The position numbers were made by a program, and so were the translations under genes. Below are positions 49,000 through 62,000 of a stretch of DNA of 64,000 nt, in pieces. Position 1 is the stretch's first letter. Each line of letters starts with the position of its first letter. The DNA is from Mobula birostris. Lineage: Eukaryota. The notes below the pieces were generated by a model. It had not been told where the DNA came from. It did not search any database and saw only the letters and a program-made list of their open reading frames with translations. The stretch lies in the NCBI RefSeq assembly GCF_030028105.1, contig NC_092379.1:21863309-21927308 (forward strand), given 5' to 3'.

Positions 49000-51349
49000 G
49001 CAAAACATTAAACGAACACCACTGGTCTTCAGAGTCAGTTGACTCGACAGTCCAATTTCTCAGGGAAGACCGAATGCAATGTTGTGCCCTGTTCAAGTCT
49101 CGACAAGCACTACGACGACAAGTATAGAGTTAAATACTATCACAATTAAATAATAATTAGCTGACACGTGCATATTCACAAGCACAATTGCCGTATCTGC
49201 TGTGCTACCAATTCCGTGGTGGCGACAGGACCGCCCTCTCTGGGCGCGGTCCTTGTGGCAGGACAGACCTGTGTCTGCCGGAAGTGCCGGATCAGCGACG
49301 TGTCCAAGATGTCCTTCACCAGGATCCATGTACGTTCTTCTGGGCCATACCTGTCTCAGTTCACAAGGTACTGGACGTTACCACGTACCCGGCGAGATGC
49401 CAGGAGGCGCCGCACAGTATAGACAAGGGAACCATCTACCGGAGGGGGAGGTGGGGTGACTGGGGCCAGGGGAGAGGTAGTAACCAGCTTGAGCTGGGAA
49501 ACATGGAATACTGACTGGATCTTCAGTGATGCTGGTAGACGCAATCTTGTTGATAGCCTTTTCCACTACAAGCGGTCCCACGTAGCGTGGAGCCACCTTC
49601 CGGTTCTTGAGTTTTAGGGGGAGATCCCTTGATGCCAACCAGACCTCCTCTCCTGGCTTGACTGGCCTTATTTATTGACGGAGCCGACCAGCCTGCCGAG
49701 AATGCTGGGCACGCAGCAGAGAAGCCCTGGCTCGTCTCCAGGTGCGCTGGTAGCGCTGGTCAGCTGTTCAGCAGCAGGAACTCCTACGACGATCTCATGA
49801 TCAGGGAAGAGCGGGGACTGGAATCCCTTCTGGCATTCAAAGGGAGACATAGCGGTGCAGGACGACTGGAGGTTATTGCGGGCGATCTCTAATTGGGAGC
49901 TCTAGGACGTGGAGTTGGAAGGGGCAAGACAGCGCAGGGTTGTCTCCAAATCCTGGTGCACTCTATCCATCTGGCCATTAGAATGGGGGTGGAAGCCAGA
50001 CGAGAGGCTGGCCGTGGCTTCTACAAGACAGCAGAAAGCCTTCCAAGAGAGGGAAGTGGTCCACGATCAGACACTATGTCTTGAGGAAAGCCATGGAGCC
50101 TGAACACATGTTGAACCGTGAGTGTGGCAGTGTCACCAGCCGATGAGAGCTTGGGGAGGGCAATGAATTGGGCAGCCCTGGAATATCGATCCACAACGAG
50201 CAAAATGGTGGTGTTTCCATTAGACGGGGGCAGACCAGTGATGAAATCTACTGAGAGGTGAGACCAGGGGCTGTGGTGCACAGGCAATGGACATAACAGA
50301 CCCGCAGGATGCTGGCATGATGTTTTGTTCCAACACAAGTGTGATGGGCAGATACAAAGTCGTGGACATCCTGGGAAATAGATGGCCACCAAAATTGTCT
50401 CCTTGTAAACTCCTAAGTTCGTTGAATTCCCGGATGTCCAGCCAGACGGGAGGAGTGACCTCATTCCAACACTTTGGACCGCACCGCAGCAGGGACAAAC
50501 AGCCGGTTGGGAGGTCCCCCATCCGGGCCTGGATCTGATTGTTGGGCGGCCCTCACCTCTGCCTCTATTCCCCACATCGCCGGAGCAGCGATATACGAGC
50601 GGGGAAGAATGGGCTGTGGATCAGCATTGTCCTCAGATCCATCGAACTGTCGGAAGAGAGTGTCGGCCTTTCTATTCTTGATGCTGCGATGATGTGAAGA
50701 TAAAACTGAAACCGTCTGAAGAAGAGAGCGCACCGGGTAGACGAGAGTTGAGTCTCTTAGCATCCTGAATATAGCAGAGGCTCTTGTGATCTGTCCACAC
50801 CAAGAATGGATGCTCTTCCCCCTCCAGCCAGTGTCGACATTTCTCCAGAGTCTCCTTGACAGCCAGAAGCTCCTGGTTCCCAACATCATAAATCCTCTCG
50901 GCCGGAGTCAAGTGACGGGAAAGAAAGGCACAAGGGTGCAGCCGACTATCCGCAGTTGAGCGCTGAGAGAGGACAGCTCCAATGCCCACATCGGATGCAT
51001 CCACCTTGACAATGAATGACGAAGATGGGTCCGGCTGTTGCAGCAGCGGGGCAGCGGTGAAGCGTCGCTTTAGCTCCGAAAATGCTTGGTCGGCATCGTC
51101 CGTCCAATGGAATCCTGCCGAGGTCTTCTTGGTGAATGTATGAATTGGAGTCACAATAGAGCTGAAATTCCAGATGAAGCGGTGATAAAAGTTTGCAAAC
51201 CCCATGAAGCGCAGTACCTGTTTAGCTGTAGATGGTTTGGACTACGCTGCAACTGCCTGAACTTTACTAGGGCCCATTTGAACTCTGGATGGGGTAAGTA
51301 TATAACCCAAAAACGACACCTGGTCTTCACGGAAGTCACATTTTTCAGT
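49000..51349 (-). mobile_element. Chromovirus (Sushi/Tf2-like Gypsy) 3' half: RT end, RNase H, integrase, chromodomain, PPT and partial 3' LTR (from 49227)
   Basis: FLGYI; [10 protein letters not shown]; [16 protein letters not shown]; [10 protein letters not shown]; [24 protein letters not shown]; IQSVFHVSQLK; YTVRRLLASRR..VQYLV. Confidence 0.9.
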
Positions 51350-51913
51350 TATAACATGCTGCGGGGTTTCACTGCTGTGTAACATGCTGTAAGATTTCAC
51401 TGATAATGTAATGGTTTCTCTGTATCAGCAATGTTTGGGTTATGACTAGAGATAACGGGGTTTGGAATGCTGTTGTTCTTTCTTGTGAGCCTGGAAGAGA
51501 GATTTTCGCAGTGTTTTGCCGGAGGAAAATATGAGGAAAAAAGACGCGAATGGAGAGAGTTTATCACCGCTCGGGGTGGATTTGGGGCGACGGTCCGAAG
51601 AGCAGCGAGGATCGGAGGAGGTCGATGGTAGACGATCGACTTGTCTGTGACCTCCAACATAGCGCAACAGACTGTTTAATAAGATTGGGCCCTTTTTGCC
51701 TTTTTTTCGTTTCTTTACTAACCATATAGTCAAAGTAAGGATTGTAAAGCTTAATCGTTTAATCGCATATTGTGTACTGTTTGTTATTTCGGGGTACTGA
51801 TTTGTAACAGGGGAGACATTGCGCAGCATCCACCCAAACAAGATTTCTGGAGTTTGGCCGGCCCAGGGGCTATCACCCTCTATATTAAGCCGCTAGCCGA
51901 AGTGAGTGTTACA
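51350..51913 (+). repeat. 5' LTR of the Gypsy element
   Basis: Direct repeat of 56018-56576; starts TA (mutated TG) and ends GTTACA. Confidence 0.85.
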
Positions 51914-54900
51914 GTTGTGGGGTTACGTTCCAGATTGATTCAGTTGGATGCTGTGTGATTACCCTGAGCGATTAACCAGTGGGGCAGATATTTGTACTCC
52001 GGATGAATTGTTAATTCCACTGTTAACTACTGTTGAAGTTTCAATTGTGGGAGGAGGTTTGATTAAATGGCGGACGCAGCTCTCATTTTCATGCAGACCA
52101 GCGCTGAGGTAGCGGTAGCTGGGGGCAGAGAGTTCAAAGATAGGGTTTTCTCGTATCTGAGGAGAGAGGGGAAAGAGTGGTCGGATTTGGAATGTCTAAT
52201 TAGTCCATGGCCCCCGGTGAAGAGAGTGAGAATTGTGAGTTAGTATCCGCCCTTACTTCTCTGGCGAATAAATGGAAACATCAGATTCAAAGTCCCAGCT
52301 ATGGCAGGCTCCGCCGATTCTCAGGAATAACGCCCACCCCTATAGAGAAGGAGGAGTATGAGACTTGGGAGGACCGGACCTCTCAGTGGTTAGATGAGGG
52401 GCAGTGTTCTGATGATGAAAACCAACAGAGATTGGTTGAAAGTTGGAATGGGTGGGGTTTCAGAACATGAGTCAGGAGAACGCGGCGGCGGCGCGGGAGG
52501 GCTCCGTCAGCAGGGTACGGTCCTCGGTAGTAGTCCCCTGCGGTGAAGTGACCACAGATAGCCTTCTCCGGGGAGCGGTAGAGGAGATTGTGGCAGAGTT
52601 GTGAACGGAGATATGTCGGCTGTTATTAGCGGGTGTGTACCCCCCATATGATGGAGCTGATGGGGGTGGCGGATTCCCCAAGGGGACAAAGGGGACGAAC
52701 AATGCGGAGGGCTGCCGGCAGCAGGTGTCACGCCAGAAGGAGAGTGAGTCCCCGGGTACCTCGGCAGGGAGAACCGTTGGGAAAACCTAGAGGAGACCCA
52801 GTGACGAAACGGCCTGGTGTCTCTAGAGGGACACGTTCCCAGCAATGTACCAAGGAACCCCCGAAAGCGAAAGGCCCAATTCCTGAAGGCTAAGTGGGTC
52901 CATGCTCCAGTGTGTCGCAACGAATAGAGGGTATTTATGCTAAAGCCATGCTCGACACCGGGTCGCAGGTCACGTTCTTGTACCGTTCGTTTTACAACCG
53001 GTATCTGAAGCATTTACCATTGACACCATTCAGGGCACTGGAGACCTGGGGGCTTTGTGTTAGTGATTACCCATCCGACGGTTATTTGTCAGTGAAGTAG
53101 GAGATCTCGGAGGTCTGAGGTCCTTGATACATTGTTGCTGGTTTGTCCGGACCCTGTTGAGAAGCGCGGCGTTTCAATCCTGGTGGGGACCAACACCACT
53201 CTTGTGAAGAGCTCATGGGAGCCTGCAAGGAGAAGGCTGGCGAGAGCTTTCTGGGAACATTGTCCGTATACCCAGGGTTTCGAGCTGCTTTCGAGGATGT
53301 GCGTGGCAGCATTGGGCTGGATACCAAATTTAAACGAGGGAATGTGTGGTTCATCCAGTCGAAGCCAATGGTGGTACGGCCTGGGGAAATAGCGAGAGTG
53401 ATGGGGACCCCCAAAATTTCCTGGAGTGCCTGAGGGCAAAGCCCTCTTAGTGGAGGCTCCAGAAGACCACAAGGGGGAGTTTGGATTTTCTGCTGGGGTA
53501 CTGGTGAGGCCCGAATTGCAGAAGCCCTCGGTTGTACAGGAACGCAGGATGGCAGTGATTGTCAGGAACACTACGAAGAGGAGGTCACCTTCAAGCAGGG
53601 GATGCCCCTGGCGCATTTGTTGCCAGTGTCGGTAATGCCTAGTGCCCCAGTGCCCCTCTGAGACACGCCGGGAAGAAACTATTGGAATAGGGAGGAAGTT
53701 GACTGACTGTTGAGTCATCCAACTGTGGAGACTCCCCGGTTCCTGCGGGTTCGAAGAGAAGGCTGGTAGAGAAGATGATGAAGCTAAAATGTTTATTTTC
53801 CACTGACGAGTTTGATATGGGTTGTTCCAAGAGTACGCGTCACACTATCTGGGTGACTGAGGATACCCTGTTCCGAGAAAGGTCGCGGTGATTGGCCCCT
53901 GCAAAGGTGAAGGATGTTCGGCAGCATTTGTGTAAGTTGAAGGAAGCTGGGATCATCACTGAGTCCCGAAGCCCCTATGCGTCCCCAATAGTAGTGGCCC
54001 GAAAGAGGACTGGGAAGGTATGGATGTGTGTGGCCTATAGGACTCCGAACAGGCGCACCATTCCTAACCAGTATCATGTCCCACGGATTGAATACACGCT
54101 GGTCTGTCTGAGTGGTGCGATGTAGGATAGTATGCTGGACTTGAGGAGTGGCTATTACCAGATCCCCATGAGTGAAGCCGACAAAGAGAAAACGGCATTT
54201 ACATGTCCGCTGGGATTTTTCCAGTTCGAAAGGATGCCCCAGGGCATCTCGGGAGCTCCGAAAACCTTCCAGTGGGTCATGGTGAAGACGGTGGATTATA
54301 TGAACTTGCTTGAGGTATTGGTATATCTGAATGACCTCATAGCATTTGGATCCACCTTGGAAGAACATGAAGCGAGGCTGCTGAAGATGCTGGGCCGCCT
54401 GAAAGCTGAAGGGTTAAAACTTTCGCTGGACAAGTGCCAGTTCTGCCAAACGTCTGTTAGCTATGTTGGGCACATAGTCTGATGATGGGGTAGCTACAGA
54501 CCCAGCTAAGATCGAGGCGGTTACCACTTGGCCAAGACCCAAACTGTGAACGCTCTGCCTCGTTCCTCGGGTTCTGTGGTTACTATCCCAGGTTTGTGAA
54601 AGGCTACGTGAAAGTGAGTCCACCCTTTGAATCAGCTTCTGTGCGGTTACACTCACTGAGGGAAGAAAGGGAAGGGGAAAAAGGACGGGAGGGTGGAGAG
54701 TATGCACTTTTGGACCGACTCGGGATGCAAAATGTGAGGAGGCATTTCAGTCGCTGAAGGAGCTGCTGACCCAAGCGCCGGCGCTGGCTTTTGCAGACCT
54801 CTGATTACCGTTTGTGCTGCACACGGATGCTGCTGAGAGGGTTTAGGGGGCGTACTGTATCAGGACCAGAGCTCGGGGTTGAGGCCCGTTGTGTTTGTCA

Positions 54901-56017
54901 ACCAGAGCCTGTCGCCCTCCGAAAAAAGCTATCTCACGCACAACTTGGAATTTCTGGCTTTGAAATAGGCGGTTGTGGATAAGCTGAGTGACTACCTCTG
55001 TGGGGGTAAGTTTGAGGTGAGGACGGACAACAACCCCCTAACTTATATCCTGACCTCGGGGAAATTGGTTGCCACAGGCCATCGGCGGTTGGCGGCGTTG
55101 TCTGCCTGTGATTTCAGCTTGAAGTACCGGCCGGGAGGCAGGAACGTTGATGCTGATGCTTTGTCCGACAGGCGCATTAGGGACTGCTCAGAGACGTGGA
55201 GTGGGAGAACGTTCCTGCCCTGGGGGTGAAGGCCCTGTGTCAGTTTGCCATCACCGTGAAGGCAGAGGAAAAGGAGGGGCAGGAGCGTGCGGTGGATCTA
55301 TTGGGGTCTTCTGATGACGCCATCCCCCAAGTTTATTGTAACCTGACTGATCTGAAGACAAATCAGAATTGAGTTCTGGGGCAATGGCTGCTGCTCAGCG
55401 AGATGATCCAGGCATTGGTACCATTTGGGCAGCGGTCAAAAGGGAGACATGGCTCAGGCGGAGAGGACGAAACACGTGTCGGTGCCTCCATTACTACGAG
55501 AATGGCCTCGGCTGGAATTGAAGAACCAGATCTTATACCGGATCACGTCACCCCCAGCGTTGCCAGCTGGCTTTGCCCTAGAAGTATCGGAGGATAGCGT
55601 TGAAATTACTTCAAGATGATTCTGGACATTTGGGGGTGTAAAAGACCTGTAGATCGCTCTGTTTGCAGCGGGACTCTGCAGGGGAGGAAGCGGGGTTTGA
55701 TCATGAAACAGACGGCTCCAAGTTGCAGGTGGGCACGAGTGATAGATCTGGGGAGGCCTCACAAGGTAGACCAGAAGTTTCCCCCGTATTGTCGGAACCT
55801 GAAGAGGTAGATGATGGGGTGCGAACGTCTTAGAGAATTAGGGGATCACCAGATAGGTTGGCCTACGTAGCAGAAGCGGAACAGAGTGTGACCCCTACTG
55901 ATTCGGGGAGCTGTGTCACTGCCCTTTACACCTAGATTGGGCTTTGTGTTTTGCGGGAAGGGTTGGCAAATTACCTCAACGTCATGAGGACATGACTACA
56001 TTTGGCGGGGGGAAGAG

Positions 56018-56576
56018 TGTAACATGCTGTAGGGTTTCACTGCTGTGTAACATTCTGTAAGGTTTCACTGATAATGTAATGGTTTCTCTGTAGAAGCAAT
56101 GTTTGGATTATGACTAGAGATAACAGGGTTTGGAATGCTGTTGCTATTTCCTGTGAGTCTGAAAGAGAGATATTTGTGGTCTTTTGCCGGGGAGAGATGA
56201 GGAGAGACGATGCGAATGGAGAGAGTTGGTAGACCGCCAGACGGGGTGGACTTAGAGCGAGGGTCCGAAGGTCAGCGACGATCAGAGGAGGTCGATGGTG
56301 AACGATCGGATTATCAGTGAACTCCAACATTGCGCAACAGACTGTTTCATAAGATTGGGCCTTTTTTTCTTTTATTTTCGTTTCTTTTCTAACCATATAG
56401 TCATAGATAATCATAATACTTACTCGTTTAATCGCATAACTGTTTGTTATTTCGGAGTACTGATTTGTAACAGGGGAGACATTGCGCAGCATCTACCCAA
56501 ACGAGATGTCTGAAGTTTGGCCAGGCCGGGGGCTATCACCCTCTATATTAAGCCGCTAGCCGAAGCGAGAGTTCCA
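56018..56576 (+). repeat. 3' LTR of the Gypsy element
   Basis: Starts TGTAAC after the PPT and ends GTTCCA. Confidence 0.88.
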
Positions 56577-56729
56577 CGTGGCAGTGTGATGTCGTACACA
56601 ATTCACGTATTTATACACATAACCCATAATGACTTAATTAAGTGAACAAAAATGCTTCATCAAACAATATATAAAAAATTATTCAAATATTTCTGAAACA
56701 TTAAATACACAATAGCAAAGGTCGGTGTT

Positions 56730-57080
56730 GGGATCACTTCCTTTGACATTTTATGTCAAACATTTGGAAGAAGGAATTGACGGCTTTGTGGCCAGGTTTG
56801 CAGATGATAAGAAGATAGGTGGAAGTGGCAGATAGTGTTGAGGAAGCAGGGTTTCTGCGGAAGGACTTGGACTGGAAGAAAGGGTAAAGAAGTGGCTGCT
56901 GGAATATAGTTTAGGGAAAGGCATGGTCATGCATTTTGACAGAAGGAACAAAGGCACGGACTATTTTCTAAATGGGGAGGAAATTCAAGACTTAGAGGTG
57001 AAAAGGGACTTAGGAGTGTTCCTTCAGGGTTCCCTAAAGGCTCATCTGTACTTGGAATCTGCGATTTAAAAAAAAGGCAA
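56730..57080 (+). mobile_element. CR1 RT fragment
   Basis: FVARFADDKK motif. Confidence 0.7.
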
Positions 57081-57140
57081 ATGCTCAAACCTCTAATAGA
57101 TTGTGTGTCTCTCCAGATCGCAGCATCTGCAGACTCTTGC

Positions 57141-58044
57141 GGCTACGACCACACTACGCGGGATAATTTTGAAAACGAAGCTTTTTCTCTTCGTTTTGAC
57201 CCTCCGTCCACATTGAAATGTCGTTTTCATCCCCCGAAAACTGAGCTTTTCTAGAACACTCTCCAGAGTGTGTAAATTTGAAAACGATTGTTGCGCGTTG
57301 TAGTGTGGACGGGATAAACGGAGCTATTTAAAACTCTGTCATACCAACACCACAACAGATGGCGGCAGCGCGGCATTTCATTGTTTTCTTGAACGCAACC
57401 CCCCACAAAACTTATCAATTTCAAAACAGACGGCAACGAGACTGAGGCCAGAAGAGTTAGAAATGTACTCACCAAATACTTTGACCCACAGCTTACTGAA
57501 TAAATAAGTATACTCACTTTGCCCTGTTTTTTGCCTTTGCTTGTATGAAGGTAGTTTACCTATTTACGCAAGTACTTCTCTGACAACAGATGTGTAACGG
57601 TCTAATGTAAGGTTGTATGGAAATACAAGATAACACTGATGCAGACATGTTTTATACATTTAACAAGGTGCTTTATTAATGCAACAGAGTTAGTTAGTTT
57701 TTCAATGTTCGTCGTCAGCCGGGTCATACTGTCCGTGAACTCCCTGTCGGTTGCCTCCATACGCTCCAGTATTTGTCGTTTTTTTTTAGTTTTAAGTCCT
57801 CCTGCGCGAGAGCCAACAGCAATTCATTTAAAGTTTTTCGAGTCTGTAACTGGACAAACGCGCACCAAGTGTACGGTTTCTTCTTCGCTTGTTTTCTGTG
57901 TCCTGCGCATGCCCAGTAGGAGGAGATTCGCCCAAATATCCGTTCTAATGAGAACGGAGATATTTTGAAAAACGCCTGGTGTGGACGCCTGTCGTTTTTA
58001 CGCGAAACCAGCGTTTTCAAAAATATCCGGTCTAGTGTGGACGT
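57141..58044. mobile_element. Non-autonomous DNA transposon, probably PIF/Harbinger-like
   Basis: Imperfect TIRs: GGCTACGACCACACTACGCGGGATAATTTTGAAAACG versus the right end read as reverse complement ACGTCCACACTAGACCGGATATTTTTGAAAACG; minus-strand coiled-coil-like remnant KKKRQILERMEATDREFTDSMTRLTTNIEKLT. Confidence 0.65.
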
Positions 58045-58059
58045 TAAAATCAATTTGAC

Positions 58060-58290
58060 AGGAAGCCTTTGTTACCTTGCAGTGCTAAACTGTAACCACT
58101 AGGTGTCAGCGGAACACCTCCAATTATTCAGGCTTCAATCAAACTGATTGTTGTAATACTATCTGACAGCCACTGGGTATCAATCAGACAGAGACGGTGG
58201 GGATGTAGGTGACTTCCAGAGGGTCAGGAGTTCCTGAGTCTGCAGGAGTTTGTCAGATGAAATCAATACGTTGAAATTGTCTTTCTTCCG
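58060..58290 (-). repeat. Unclassified module, copy A4
   Basis: Reverse complement closely matches 10970-11220 (GGAAGAAAGACA..CAGACTCAGGAACT..TATTACAACAATCAGTTTGA). Confidence 0.8.
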
Positions 58291-59059
58291 CATCCTGAGT
58301 ACATGCTTGTTGGCAGGTCAACTGGCCAAGATAAATTAGACTGGCATCTGTAATGTCAGAGAGTCAAGGGGCATGGAAACAGGCCCTTCGGCCCAACTCA
58401 TCCATGTTGACCAAGATGTCCATCCAAGCAAGACACCTTGCCAGCATTTTGCGGGAACTTTTCCTATCCATTGTCCTTTTGATTTTGTGTATCTCTGTAA
58501 AATCACCACTCAATCTTCTACAAGTCAGAGTGTTTCACCAGAGCTGAGGAAGTTAAAGATTGTTGGAGATTTAATAAACATGTACGGTAACGGGGAAACA
58601 TCCCATCTCAGTGTTACATTGACTCTCCACAGTGTCCATGAATAAACCTTACATTAAGTAATTTGTATATTTACTCCAAGGAAAGTTGTAGTCCAGCCAA
58701 ACTGTTCCTTGAACTCAAGTCATGGCAGCATCCTTATAAATCTTTTCTGCACTTTTTTCCTGATTAATAACATCTTTTCCCCCAGTAGGATGAATAAAAA
58801 CTGAACACAGTCCAAATACAACCTCACCAACACCTTCTACTATCCAAACATGTGCTCCAAACTTTTCTACACAAATTTCTGATTGATGAAGACCAGCATA
58901 ACAACAATCTTCTTCACCAGCCTGTCTACTTGTGACGCCACATGTATTTGAACACCAACAGGTCTCTGTTCCACAACACTCTCCAGGGTCCAGTCAGCCG
59001 CTGTGAAATTCCTACCTTGGTTTAACTTTCCAAAATATTACACCTTATACTTCCTCCAG

Positions 59060-62000
59060 AACCAAGCCAGAATCTAGTGATTCTTGAAAAATCGTTGCTA
59101 ATGTTTCCACAACCTCTTCAGCTGCCCCTTTCAGAAATCTAGGGTGTAGTTAGTCCATCTGGTCCAGGTGACTTATTTACCTTCAGACCTTTCAGTTTCG
59201 CAAGCACCTTCTCCCTTATGCCCTGTGACATTCTCAATCCTCTGGCAAACTGTGAGCATGTTCCACAGTGAAGACTGATGGAAAATATTTATTCAGTTCG
59301 TCCACCATTTCCTTGTCTCCCATTACTACCTCTCTAGTGTTATTTTCCAGAGGTCCGATATCTACTCATCCTCACTTTTACCTTTATATATCTGAAAAAT
59401 CTGTCGGTATCCTCTTTCATATTATTGGCGAGCTTACCTTCATATTTCATCTTTTCACTCTTTACGGATTTTTTAGTTGCCTTCTGTTGGTTTAGAAAAG
59501 CATCTCAATCCTCTAATTCCCCACTAGTTGTTGCTCTATTATAGGCCCTTTCTTTAGTTTATATGTTGTCTTTGACTTCCCTTGTCAGCCACGGAATGTC
59601 ATCCTGCCTCCAGAATACTTGCCATTGCTCCTCTGCCATCATCTCTGTTAGTGTCCCCTTCCATTCAATGTTGGTATGCTCCTCTCTCATGATTCTGTAA
59701 TTCCCTTTACCCCAGTGTAATACTCCACTGGAGCTGGAGTTGGATGTACTCAGGATCATCCGGGAGGCTGAAGATATTATAGATGAGACTATTGAAGAGA
59801 TGGTCACACCCAGAGTACAGACTTCACACGGTAGATGGGTGACTACCAGGAGAAGTAAGGGGTTTAAGTAGTCAGTGCAGCAGTCCCCTATGGCCATTGG
59901 CCTCAGTAACAAGTATACCTCTTTGGATACTGCTGTGGGGGATGACCCATCAGGGCACAGCAGCAGCAGCCAGACAAGTGGCACTGTGGCCAGCACTGAT
60001 GCTCAGCAGGGAAGGGTAAATTCAGGCAGTGTGGAAGTGATGAGGGATTTGACAGTTAAGGGGACAGACAGGAGATTCTGTGGCCACAAAAGAGACACCA
60101 GGATGGTGTGTTGCTTCCCGGGTGCTAGGGCCCAGGATGGATCAGAGAGGCTGCAGGATATTCTCAAGGGGAAGGGTGAATAGCCAGAGGTCGTGATGCA
60201 TATTGGCACCAAAGACATAGGCAGAAGTTAGTATGTAGAGTTAAGAAAGAGGCTGAAGAGAAGGACCTCCAAGATAGTAATCTCTGGATTACTCCCGATG
60301 TACGGACTAGTGCTGGTAGGAATGGGATGATAGCACAGATGAATGAGTGGCTGGGGAGATGGTGCAAGGGAGCAGGGTTTAAAGTTCTTGGATGATTGGG
60401 ACCTTTTCTGAGGAAGGACTGACCTGTATAAGAGAGACGGGTACCACCTGAACTGGAGGGAAGTGAATATCCTGGCTGGGGGTGGGGTTTGCTAATGTTA
60501 CTCAGGAGGGGTAAACTAGGTTTTCAGGGGCTGGGAACCAGAACACCAGTTCAGTAACTAAAGTATTGCACAGGAAGTTGGATGTCAGGGAAAGTATTGA
60601 GAGGCAAAATCAAAATAACCCTGGTATGATGGGACTGATAGTTTGAAGTGTGTGTGTGTGTTTTAATGCTCGGAGTATTATAGGTAGAAGGGATGAACTC
60701 AGAGCATGGATCAGTCAATGCAACTACAATATTCTGGCCATTACAGAGACTTGGCTGAGGGAGGAACAGGAATGGGCAATTAATGTAACAGGTTTTGAAA
60801 GTTATAGAAAAGATAGAGGAGAAAGTAAAAAGGGGGGGTATGTGCACGGGAGGGGGGGGATGTGCACTACTAAACGGGGACAACATCACAGCTGCACTGA
60901 GGGGGAACATAATGGAGGGTTCAGACACTGTGTCCATTTTGGTGGAACCCAAGTCTAGGAAAGATGTAACCACATTGATGGGATGGTACTATACCCCAGT
61001 GGCCCCCGGGTCATTGAGGAACAGGTATATAAACAAATTAAGGAAATGTGTAAAAATAATAGGGTTGTTGTCATGTGGGATTTGTATTTCCCTAATATAA
61101 ACTGAAACTTCTTGGTGCAAGGGATTTAGATGGGGTGGAATGTGTTAAGTGTGTCCATGAGGGTTTCTTAAATTAATAAGTAGACAGTCCTACAGGAGGA
61201 GGAGCTGTCCTGGTCCTGGTGTTGGGTAATGAACCTGGCCAGGTGATCAACCTCTCTGTGGACGAGCAGTTGGGGAACAGTGACCACAACTCCTTAACTT
61301 TCAGGATAGCGATAGATAAGGACAGGTATGGTCATTGCAGGAGATTCTTAAATTAGATTAGGGCAAATTATGAGAGCATTAGGCAGGAACTAAGAAGTGT
61401 TATTTGGGAAAACCTTTTTTTCTGGCAAGTCCACATCAGACATGTGGAGGGTGCTTAAAGATCAATTGCACAGAGTACAGTAAATGTATGTTCCTATTCG
61501 AAGGAAAGACCGTGATGGAAAGATAAGAGAACTTTGGATGTCCAGAGAGGTGATGAATTTAGTCAAGAAGGAAAATGAAAAGCATGTAAAGCTTTGGGAG
61601 TTAGAACAAACGAAGCGCATGAGGAGTGTAGATAAACTGGAAAAGAAGTAAAGAAAGGAATTAGAAAAGCCAGGAGGGGTCATGAAAAGCCCTTGGGAAG
61701 TAGGATTAGGCTGAATCCCAAGGTACATCAGAAACAAGAGGATAACTAGGGAGAAGGTAGAACTGCTCAAAGATAAAGAGGGGAATGTTTGCTTGGATGT
61801 GGAGAAGGTGAGTGAGATACTTAATGAGTACTTTGCTTCAGTATTTTCTAAGGAAAATGACATGGAGGACCAGGAGACCAGAGCTGAATGCATAGATATA
61901 TTATGGTGTTTAGACGTTAAGAGGAAGGAGGTGTTGGGCCTCCTAGTGAGTATTAAGGTGGATAAGTCCCCAGGGCCTGATGGGATTCACCCCAGGTTAT

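Larger units (their letters stand above)
51350..56576 (+). mobile_element. Gypsy LTR retrotransposon with PNMA-like gag and both LTRs, degenerate, integrase core deleted
   Basis: gag YGRLRRFSG..EEYETW; protease MLDTGSQV; RT SPYASPIVV, LDLRSGYYQ, MPQG, VYLNDL; RNase H; PPT GGCGGGGGGAAGAG before the 3' LTR. Confidence 0.92.

Noticed and set aside
53089-53718. Long minus-strand ORF (209 aa) and similar ORFs at 52507-53013, 22535-23095 and 40083-40682
   Set aside because: These are antisense or off-frame shadows of transposon sequence with no recognisable protein
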